The notes beneath the pieces are model-generated. The model saw nothing but the letters and a program-made list of their open reading frames with translations, made no database searches and had not been told where the DNA came from. Made by a program: the position numbers and the translations under genes. A stretch of 40,568 bases of DNA, taken from positions 1-40,568 of the forward strand of contig JANOWZ010000512.1 of the NCBI GenBank assembly GCA_031418155.1. The letters are read 5' to 3'. Every line of letters starts with the position of its first letter. Position 1 is the first letter of the stretch. This document shows, piece by piece, positions 32,034-40,568 of this stretch. This DNA comes from Deinococcales bacterium. Its GTDB lineage: Bacteria > Deinococcota > Deinococci > Deinococcales > JAAFIG01.

Positions 32034-32999
32034 TTGTTGGGCCTTTTGACGCAAAAAAGTCGATTGCTGTGGTGGTTGGGAATCATCCTGACCACCGGTT
32101 TTTTGGGCTCGAGCCTGCTGAGTTACGTCGCCGCCCGCAACACCGTGCGTGACAACATCGTCAATCAGGGCTTGCCACTGACCAGCGACACGGTGTATTC
32201 GGAAGTGCAACGCGAACTGTTGCGTCCGATCTCGATCTCGGCGCAGATGGCCGAAAACACTTTTTTGCGCGAATGGGTTCAGGCCGGAGAGACCGACATC
32301 GGTCCAGTCGTGCGTTACTTGCGCAACATCAAGGATCATTTTACCGCCGACAGCAGCTTTTTCATCTCCGAACGAACCCGTCGTTGCTACCATCCGCTCG
32401 GGATCCAACAGGTGGTGAGTGAAAGCGACCCAAAAGACACCTGGTACTTCTGAACTCGAGCCCTGAACGTCCCTTACGAGTTGAATGCCGATCCAGACAT
32501 GGGCAACCGCGACACGATGACGGTCTTCATCAATTACCGATTGCTGGATGCCAAAGGTCAATTCTTGGGTGTGACCGGTGTCGGCGTGACCCTGAAGACG
32601 TTGCAAAAACTCTTGCAAGGCATCGAAAAACGGTTCGAACGCCGCGTCTACTTCGCCGATACGCACGGCAAGATCGTGCTTGCCAACAGCGAAGACCTCG
32701 AGCTTGGCGGTTCGCTGCAAGCCATCCCAAACCTGAGAGACGTTGCGGCACAACTGCTGAACAAGAATGCGGTCACGACCAGCGCCTCGTACAAAAATGG
32801 TAGCTCGATGGTTTTGGTTCACTCGAGGTTTATCCCAGAACTCAAATGGTTCTTGGTGGTCGAACAGGACGAAGCGACCATCATCGAACCGTTGACACGC
32901 CTGCCCTTGATCGGCTTGATCCTTGCGGACCTGACATTCCTGGTGATGTTGTGGGTGGCGATCAGCTCAAGGTTTGGTTCGAGGAAACCGGCACAGTAA
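32034..32999 (+). pseudogene. Double-Cache-type periplasmic sensor gene, interrupted by an in-frame TGA and lacking any output domain
   Basis: ORFs 32034..32453 and 32481..32999 are in the same frame, separated only by TGA 32451-32453 (..DTWYF*TRALNVPYELNADPD..). The layout is TM1 - Cache-like sensor - TM2, then a stop 12 codons after TM2. Confidence 0.6.
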
Positions 33000-33029
33000 A
33001 CCTCAGACCGAACGCTCAAGCCATGAGAT

Positions 33030-33719
33030 TCAGACCAAAAACTCGAGTGCAGGATGAAATCGTTTTTCAACCGTGAACTTCTCGGCGTATTTCACACCAA
33101 CCAAACGTCCGGCGTGTGCTCGGGTTTGCAACCAGTCATCACGGTTCGTTTTCCAACCGTAAAACCGTGCAAAAAACTCGAGCGATTCCGCACCAACATG
33201 CGCGTGATCCGTGATGTTGGTGTGAACGACTGTCCGGGTCGATTCGGCGCAGGCGTATTGGTAAAAGCTCACGCCGCCACGGTGTGCCTCAAGATGATCG
33301 AAACCGCCCTCTTGCACGACCTTCGGAATTCGGGCCAGCGTGATCGCATCGAACGCAATCTTTGCCACCGCACGGTGATCCGGGTGCCGGTTGAAATCGT
33401 CCCAAGTGATGATCGCATCCGGTTTGAACTCGCAGTACAAACGGGCAACCTCGAGCGCCTCGGAACGATCACCGGTCATGCGGGTGTCACCGAAATCAAA
33501 GAAACGGTACGAACCACCGACCAGCTTGGCGATGTGCTCGCCGTGAGAGTGACGCACCCGTTTGACCTCAGCGGCATCCACACCCACAAAATGTGAGGCG
33601 TTCTCGCCATAGGTCGTCCAGACCAGCATCACCTCGTCCCCTCGAGCGGCGTGCTTGGCGAGGGTTGAGGCGCAACCGACCTCATCGTCGGGATGGGCGA
33701 ACACGGCAATGATCTTCAT
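33030..33719 (-). CDS. PIG-L/LmbE family N-acetylglucosaminyl deacetylase
   Basis: MKIIAVFAHPDDEV and NRHPDHRAV zinc-binding motifs. Confidence 0.85.
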   Translation of the reverse strand: MKIIAVFAHPDDEVGCASTLAKHAARGDEVMLVWTTYGENASHFVGVDAAEVKRVRHSHGEHIAKLVGGSYRFFDFGDTRMTGDRSEALEVARLYCEFKPDAIITWDDFNRHPDHRAVAKIAFDAITLARIPKVVQEGGFDHLEAHRGGVSFYQYACAESTRTVVHTNITDHAHVGAESLEFFARFYGWKTNRDDWLQTRAHAGRLVGVKYAEKFTVEKRFHPALEFLV

Positions 33720-33725
33720 GCGCGG

Positions 33726-33731
33726 ATTCTA
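33726..33731 (-). promoter_or_regulatory. -10 box TAGAAT, 6 nt upstream of the PIG-L ATG (leaderless-type)
   Basis: Minus strand reads ttcggTAGAATccgcgcATG. Confidence 0.45.
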
Positions 33732-33781
33732 CCGAACACAGAACGTTTTGTTGGTCGCAGACACTGCATCCTTCAAGCGCG

Positions 33782-33787
33782 TACACT
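33782..33787 (+). promoter_or_regulatory. -10-like TACACT, 7 nt upstream of ATG 33795
   Basis: Plus strand reads gcgcgTACACTcgagccaATG. Confidence 0.35.
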
Positions 33788-33794
33788 CGAGCCA

Positions 33795-34763
33795 ATGCCA
33801 GCTCGCATCACCATCGAAGCATCTGTGGGCCTCGAGCGGCGAGCACACGCCCTGAGCGAATACCTGAGCGAACTGCACGCCAACTTGGAAACGAACCTCG
33901 AGCGAACCCTGAAACCCGTCAAACTCTGTGTCTTGAGTGAGCTGGACTGGGGCCAGCAGGTGCAATACCCTTACGGCTTCACCTTCTACCGGCGCTTGCG
34001 TGACGGCGGCGGCGTGATCTTCGCCCCAGGCAATTATCCGGGCAACCTGACCTGGGTGTTCAAAAGCGTGATGGTCCGCGCCGAACAAGCTGGTGTGCGT
34101 GTTCCCGGAACGCTCGAGGAATTCTTTGACCTGACGCTCGGGCATGAATTGGGGCACGCGATAGCCGATCAGCTTTCGGTGCGGACTCGAGTGCGCTGGC
34201 TGGACGAATTTCTCGCCACGTACCTGTACGTTGGAGCGCTCGAGCAGACGCAACCCAAAGCCCTGGCCCGAGTGATCCAGTGGGGAAACGTCCTCGAGCA
34301 GGCCGAGTTTGACCCGGATGAAGTTCGAGACGAAATTCTGAATGACCTCGAGTCAGACGAATTGAACCCGACCGAATTCGATTCACTCAGCCTCGAAACT
34401 CGAGAACGACCAGCCAGCCCCGAATCAGTGGCTCGAGAACAACTGATCAGACCCGCCGGGAATCGAAAACGCAAAACCAAAAAACGCTTGGAACGATCCC
34501 TCGAACACACCATCAAACGCCACGACCTTGGCGCGTTCGAGTTTCCGTTTCAACGCCTGCCGCTCGCCAATCAAGCCTGGTATCAAGCCAGGTTTACCTT
34601 GCGGGCCACGGACCTGCTGCGAACTCGAGGTTTGGAATTCATGCGCAGCGCCAGCGAGGTGCTGCCCACTGCTCGAGGTCGAGGCGGGATTCACCGCGCC
34701 ATGATCCAACTCGAGCCATCGTTCAAACCGTGGTTCGCCAGTTTTGGACGTGCCCAAATCTGA
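33795..34763 (+). CDS. Uncharacterised HExxH protein (putative zinc-dependent hydrolase)
   Basis: LTLGHELGHAIAD motif, followed by a highly charged insert (..RKRKTKKRLERSLEH..). Start taken at MPARITIE. Confidence 0.5.
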   Translation: MPARITIEASVGLERRAHALSEYLSELHANLETNLERTLKPVKLCVLSELDWGQQVQYPYGFTFYRRLRDGGGVIFAPGNYPGNLTWVFKSVMVRAEQAGVRVPGTLEEFFDLTLGHELGHAIADQLSVRTRVRWLDEFLATYLYVGALEQTQPKALARVIQWGNVLEQAEFDPDEVRDEILNDLESDELNPTEFDSLSLETRERPASPESVAREQLIRPAGNRKRKTKKRLERSLEHTIKRHDLGAFEFPFQRLPLANQAWYQARFTLRATDLLRTRGLEFMRSASEVLPTARGRGGIHRAMIQLEPSFKPWFASFGRAQI

Positions 34764-34802
34764 ACCGGTGGGAAAACACACGCATCACTCGAGCACAATT
34801 GT

Positions 34803-34808
34803 TAAAAT
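34803..34808 (+). promoter_or_regulatory. Extended -10 (TGT-TAAAAT), 6 nt upstream of ATG 34815 (leaderless-type)
   Basis: Plus strand reads aatTGTTAAAATacgcgcATG. Confidence 0.45.
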
Positions 34809-34814
34809 ACGCGC

Positions 34815-35465
34815 ATGTCACAAATCCCAGCCGAATTCCAACTCACCGAACTCGAAGCCCGAGTCTTAGGCGTGATGATGGAAAAACAAGTCACCGTGCC
34901 GGACTCCTACCCGATGACCGTCAATTCTGCGCGGCTCGGCAGCAACCAGAAAAACAGTCGCTTCCCGATCACCGAATACACCGAAAAAGACATCGCCGTG
35001 ACCCTCGAGCGACTCGGCGACCGGCGACTCGTGACGATTGTGCGCGAATACAACGCTCGAGCGCCAAAATACTCGCAACTCTTAACCCGAGAACTCAAGC
35101 TTGAGCCGCAACACACCGCCATCCTGAGTGTGCTGATGCTGCGCGGCCCACAAACGCCCGGCGAACTGCGCGGACGGGCCGAAGCGATGTTCAAATTCTC
35201 CGGCCTCGAGCATGCCGAACAGGTTTTGCAGCAACTCTGCGAATGGATTCCCGATCCGCTGGCGGTCAAACTCGAGAAGTTGCCTGGAGAACGCGATGCC
35301 CGTTATGTGCATCTCTTGACCGACCCGGAAGTGCAACGCGAAGCTCGACCCGCACAGGCCCCAGGCGCGAGCCCCACTGGAGGCACATTAGAACGGGTCG
35401 AAGCGCTCGAGGCGGAAGTCAGAAGTTTACGCGAACGCATCGAAAGGCTCGAGCGCGGGGAATAA
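34815..35465 (+). CDS. yceH: YceH/DUF480 (UPF0502) family protein
   Basis: LTELEARVLGVMMEKQVTVPDSYPMTVNS...NQK, LRGPQTPGELRGRA, ERDARYVHLL and a C-terminal coiled coil. It is colinear with my recollection of E. coli YceH. Confidence 0.75.
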   Translation: MSQIPAEFQLTELEARVLGVMMEKQVTVPDSYPMTVNSARLGSNQKNSRFPITEYTEKDIAVTLERLGDRRLVTIVREYNARAPKYSQLLTRELKLEPQHTAILSVLMLRGPQTPGELRGRAEAMFKFSGLEHAEQVLQQLCEWIPDPLAVKLEKLPGERDARYVHLLTDPEVQREARPAQAPGASPTGGTLERVEALEAEVRSLRERIERLERGE

Positions 35466-35489
35466 TCGGCCAAGCTCAGCACCAATCAA

Positions 35490-35533
35490 AAAGCTCGAGC
35501 GAAACACCCAAATGGGCATCCCGCTCGAGCTTT
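35490..35533. terminator. 12-bp inverted repeat between convergent yceH and ilvC (bidirectional terminator candidate)
   Basis: AAAGCTCGAGCG (35490-35501) / CGCTCGAGCTTT (35522-35533) with a 20-nt loop. A/T runs flank both sides. Confidence 0.55.
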
Positions 35534-35550
35534 GTATTTCTTGTAATGCC

Positions 35551-37162
<1,612 letters not shown>

Positions 37163-37163
37163 G

Positions 37164-37496
37164 TCACTCCTGATGTTGCGCGTATCGCTCAAGGTACGGC
37201 GTGACTTTCGCTTGCAGCACTTCGATCAAGTCCGGGTCCATGAATTCGTAATGGTCTGGAATGCCCAGCGTGATGATTTTTGTTCGGGTTCTGAATTTCT
37301 CGAGGATGTTTTTGCGATGGTGGCGTTCCATGACCAGGATCAGATCGGCCCATTCGATATCGTCTCGAGCGATTGGGTTCTCGGCATCTTTGGCGGTCCC
37401 GGCAGATCGCACGTTGATGCCTGGCGTGTCGAAAAAGACGCGCTCGGCGGTGGGGCTGCGCAATCGGTTTCTCGAGCAGACAAACAAAATGTTCAT
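37164..37496 (-). CDS. Low-molecular-weight phosphotyrosine phosphatase-like protein (short form)
   Basis: P-loop C-x5-R-S: ILFVCSRNRLRSP; 110 aa. Confidence 0.7.
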   Translation of the reverse strand: MNILFVCSRNRLRSPTAERVFFDTPGINVRSAGTAKDAENPIARDDIEWADLILVMERHHRKNILEKFRTRTKIITLGIPDHYEFMDPDLIEVLQAKVTPYLERYAQHQE

Positions 37497-37826
37497 TTAG
37501 TCCACGATAAAAAGTTTCGCACCGGTTGCGGTGCTCGAGCGATGCGCCTCAGCTCCATCGGCCACTTGATAATTGATTCCTGGCTTGAGTTTGAAGGTGC
37601 GTCCATCCTCGAGTTCGGTATCGAGTTCACCCTCGAGACACAAGAGGATGTGGCCTTTTTTACACCAGTGATCGGCCAGGTATCCGGGCGTGTATTCGAC
37701 CATGCGCACGCGAATCTCACCGAAATGCTGCGTGCGCCAGAAGGCCGTGCCGGTCTCGCCGGGATGTGTTGTGGTTTCGATGTTCGCCCAATCGGTTGTA
37801 CCGAATGGGATCTCGAGCATCTTCAT
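37497..37826 (-). CDS. Small cupin-fold protein (DHCW-motif cupin family-like)
   Basis: 109 aa; ...VEYTPGYLADHWCKKGHILLCLEGEL... matches my recollection of that family. Confidence 0.6.
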   Translation of the reverse strand: MKMLEIPFGTTDWANIETTTHPGETGTAFWRTQHFGEIRVRMVEYTPGYLADHWCKKGHILLCLEGELDTELEDGRTFKLKPGINYQVADGAEAHRSSTATGAKLFIVD

Positions 37827-38105
37827 TTAGACGCTCGCGTGAACGTACCGGGCAAGGCTCATGTCGTGCCAACCAAAACGCTCGAGTGCGGTCAAGCGTC
37901 CGAGTTCGTCGATCAGTGTGACCTCGAGCGTGTCGAGTTGCGTGCCGTGCTTCACGAGGTCGTCGTAGATGACTTCAAAGGCGTGCGTGAACATGTTGCG
38001 CCCAGCAAAATCTTGAGCCTCGAGCGCGGCAAAGAAATCGAGTTTGGATTCGACACGATGCAGCAGTGCCTCGAGTTTTTGTTTGAGTTCTGTCCGTTTA
38101 GTCAT
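37827..38105 (-). CDS. Hypothetical 92-aa helical protein
   Basis: The ORF overlaps the ilvN stop by 8 nt, and its stop abuts the cupin ATG (TAAATG). No motif recognised. Confidence 0.45.
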   Translation of the reverse strand: MTKRTELKQKLEALLHRVESKLDFFAALEAQDFAGRNMFTHAFEVIYDDLVKHGTQLDTLEVTLIDELGRLTALERFGWHDMSLARYVHASV

Positions 38106-38652
38106 TGGCGACCCCTTGAAGTGGATGCTCGAGTGCGACGCTTTCGCCCTGGTAGACGTGGCTTGGAATGTCGGCGTTGCTGCCTCGGGTCAATGCGACG
38201 CGGCCCGTGCGCATGGTTTCGATCAATCCGAATGGACGCATTTGTTCAATAAACGCAATGATTTTTCCTTCGTCGCCGGTGGCCTCAAAGACGTAACTCG
38301 AGCGGCCCACGTCCACATTGCGGGCGCGGAAGTCCTCGGCGATTTGTCGAATCTCGAGGCGGGTTTCGGGTGTGACTCGGACTTTGAGCAATACCAGTTC
38401 GCGGTCCACGAATTTCTCTCGGGCGTGATTGGTCACCAGTAGCACATCCTCGAGTTTTTCGAGTTGGCGTTGAATCTGATCGGCCATCGCTTCGGGCGCT
38501 TCAGCGATAAACGTCATGCGCGAGATGCCGGGTTGTTCGGTGTTGCCGACCGACAGCGAATAAATGTTGTACCCACGCCGAGCGAACAATCCGCAGACGC
38601 GCATCAAGACTCGGGGTTCGTCGCGCAGGAACGCGGAGAAAATGTGTTTCAT
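38098..38652 (-). CDS. ilvN: Acetolactate synthase small (regulatory) subunit
   Basis: ACT-domain start ...LRDEPRVLMRVCGLFARRGYNIYSLSVG.TE.PGISRMT; 4-nt overlap with ilvB. Confidence 0.9.
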   Translation of the reverse strand: MKHIFSAFLRDEPRVLMRVCGLFARRGYNIYSLSVGNTEQPGISRMTFIAEAPEAMADQIQRQLEKLEDVLLVTNHAREKFVDRELVLLKVRVTPETRLEIRQIAEDFRARNVDVGRSSYVFEATGDEGKIIAFIEQMRPFGLIETMRTGRVALTRGSNADIPSHVYQGESVALEHPLQGVAND

Positions 38653-40337
38653 GCTATGACTTTCTCGCGTGCGCCCAATGGATCGACTGGCTCGAGTTTC
38701 GGATCGTCATCGAGCATTTCGTCAAGACCTTTTCCGGCGGGAACCATTGGGAAGACACCTTGCTCGGACGGCACGCGTACCTCGAGCACGCTGGGGCCGT
38801 CGGCATCGAGCCATTTTTGAATTGTGCTTTGCAAATCACTGGCGGTTTCGGCGGTGAATCCTGGAATGCGGTACGCGCTCGCCAGGATCGCAAAATCCGG
38901 GTTGGAATCCTCGAGGTAGACCTCGCTGTAACGCTTCGCGTGGAACATCTCCTGCCATTGGCGCACCATGCCAAGGTAGCCGTTGTTGATAACCACGAAT
39001 TTCACGGGAATGTCGTACTTGCGTAGCGTGGCGAGTTCTTGAATCGTCATTTGTGCACTGCCGTCTCCGGCGAAAGCAATTACGCGCTTGTTCAGTGCAA
39101 TCGCAGCCCCCATCGCGGCGGGCAGTGAGAAGCCCATCGTGCCAGCACCACCGGAATTGAGCCACAAGCGCGGCCCCTCGAATGGATGGAGTTGCGCGAC
39201 CAGCATTTGATGCTGCCCGACATCGGAAACCACGATGTCATCGGCTTTGAGCGCTTTGGAAATCATTTCAATCGCTGCCGCAGCGCCCCAAGTTGGGCGT
39301 TTGGGTTGACGCGATTTCCAATCCTCGAGCTTCGTCCACCAATCGCCCGTCTCGAGTTTGCCGCTGATGCCTGCCGTGAATGCCTCGAGTGCGGCGGCAC
39401 TGTCCGCATGAACTGGGATCAGGGCCGGGATGAGTTTGTTGTGCTCGGCAGTGTCCACGTCCACGTGAATGATCTTGGCGTTCTGTGCGAAACGGCTGGT
39501 TTTGCCGGTCACACGGTCATCGAAACGCATGCCGACCGCGACCATGACATCGCAGTTGGTGATTGCACGGTTGCTGGCGACACTGCCGTGCATTCCGGGC
39601 ATCCCGAGCCATTGCGGATCGCTCGCCGGAAAATTGCCAAGGCCCATCAAGGTGGTGATCACGGGCATTCCGGTTTTGTGTGCGAACTCGAGCACTTGCG
39701 CACTCGCATCACAGGCTCCGCCACCGACGATCAACAATGGCTTTTTCGCGTTGCGGATCAACTCGAGGGCGCGTTCAACGTCGCTGGCTTTCGGCTCGAG
39801 ACGGGCTGGAATGGTTTTCGGTCCGACGATTGGCGCGTTCGTTTTCGCCTGTTGCACGTCTTTGGGCAAATCCACCAGCACCGGTCCCGGACGGCCCGAG
39901 AGCGCAATGCGGATCGCTTCGGCCACGGTTTTGGAAACGTCATCGGCGCTGCGAACCAGGAAATTGTGCTTGGTCACGGGCGCGGTGATGCCGGTGATGT
40001 CGGCCTCTTGGAAGGCATCCGTGCCGATCAGTGGGGTTGGGACATTGCCGGTGATCGCCAGGATTGGCAGGCTGTCCAGCATCGCGTCGGCCAGTGCGGT
40101 TACGAGGTTCGTCGCACCGGGGCCGCTCGTCGCCATGCAGACACCAAGCCCGCCCGTGACGCGAGCATAACCCTCAGCCGCGTGACCTCCGCCCTGTTCA
40201 TGCCGGACCAAAATGTGCTGAATCGGGCTGTCGTACAGCGCGTCATAGACCGGCATGATCGTGCCGCCGGGATGTCCAAAAATGTGTTTGACCCCGTGGG
40301 CCTCGAGTGTTTTTAGGAGTGCTTCTGATCCGAGCAT
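38649..40337 (-). CDS. ilvB: Acetolactate synthase large (catalytic) subunit, biosynthetic type
   Basis: ThDP enzyme pattern: GHPGGTIMPVYDAL, GPGATNLVT, and the ThDP-binding GDGSAQMTIQEL...NNGYLGMV. SD AAGGAG upstream. Confidence 0.95.
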   Translation of the reverse strand: MLGSEALLKTLEAHGVKHIFGHPGGTIMPVYDALYDSPIQHILVRHEQGGGHAAEGYARVTGGLGVCMATSGPGATNLVTALADAMLDSLPILAITGNVPTPLIGTDAFQEADITGITAPVTKHNFLVRSADDVSKTVAEAIRIALSGRPGPVLVDLPKDVQQAKTNAPIVGPKTIPARLEPKASDVERALELIRNAKKPLLIVGGGACDASAQVLEFAHKTGMPVITTLMGLGNFPASDPQWLGMPGMHGSVASNRAITNCDVMVAVGMRFDDRVTGKTSRFAQNAKIIHVDVDTAEHNKLIPALIPVHADSAAALEAFTAGISGKLETGDWWTKLEDWKSRQPKRPTWGAAAAIEMISKALKADDIVVSDVGQHQMLVAQLHPFEGPRLWLNSGGAGTMGFSLPAAMGAAIALNKRVIAFAGDGSAQMTIQELATLRKYDIPVKFVVINNGYLGMVRQWQEMFHAKRYSEVYLEDSNPDFAILASAYRIPGFTAETASDLQSTIQKWLDADGPSVLEVRVPSEQGVFPMVPAGKGLDEMLDDDPKLEPVDPLGAREKVIA

Positions 40338-40568
40338 GGTGTTCTCCTTAAGGGATGGGAGGGCGATTTTGTGGAGTCTAACTCGAGGAAGTGAGGCGGA
40401 GAGGAAAGTAACAGAAGAGGAAGGGCGAACAGCCCGTCAGCGATCTAGGCCCATTAGGTGCCGGTGTTGGATCAAGAAGGTGCTGTCCTGTGAACAAGAA
40501 AGATCAAAGTAACGGCCTAAAGTGCGTTCGATTTTGGGTTTTGATTTTACGTTTCTCTTTCATCTTTC

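Noticed and set aside
32451-32453. In-frame TGA in the Cache sensor as selenocysteine or programmed recoding
   Set aside because: No SECIS-like stem-loop follows the codon, a Cys/Sec is not expected at this position of Cache domains, and the gene also lacks its output domain. Pseudogenisation is the simpler reading.
40504-40563. Short ORF (MKEKRKIKTQNRTHFRPLL) in the ilvB upstream region as an attenuation leader peptide
   Set aside because: It contains no run of Ile/Val/Leu codons, and I could not find a convincing terminator/antiterminator pair. The only stem seen (GGGC/GCCC near 40425-40440) is too weak. The region is also cut by the window edge.

Overview
This is a gene-dense chromosomal window from a moderately GC-rich bacterium. 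It fits best with the Deinococcus-Thermus lineage: GlnRS is fused to a YqeY/GatB-like tail, and many TAGAnT-type -10 boxes sit 5-8 nt from start codons, suggesting leaderless mRNAs. Core genes are the ftsZ 3' end, rnhB, hisA, minDE, tsaD, glnS, allantoinase, and an ilvB-ilvN...ilvC operon with four unrelated small genes between ilvN and ilvC. Accessory content: two tandem M50 protease paralogs (one with a degenerate active site), an M20 peptidase, an S8 lipoprotein protease, and a small surface-polysaccharide locus (sugar dehydrogenase, GT4, O-antigen-ligase-like). It also includes a family-5 uracil-DNA glycosylase, a secreted PHM/DBH-like copper monooxygenase with a CxxCH module, a type III polyketide synthase cluster, and a decayed Cache-sensor gene. 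I found no rRNA, tRNA, CRISPR array, transposase or integrase. The strongest signal is not a gene. The palindrome CTCGAG (often GCTCGAGC) occurs about 285 times, roughly one per 140 bp and about 20-fold over my rough composition estimate. It lies mostly in frame as Leu-Glu, but also in the other codon phases, inside intergenic hairpin arms and in a 23-bp tandem repeat. This looks like a HIP1-style highly iterated palindrome that appears to shape codon and even dipeptide usage. All counts are manual and approximate. All homology calls rest on recognised motifs, not on database searches.
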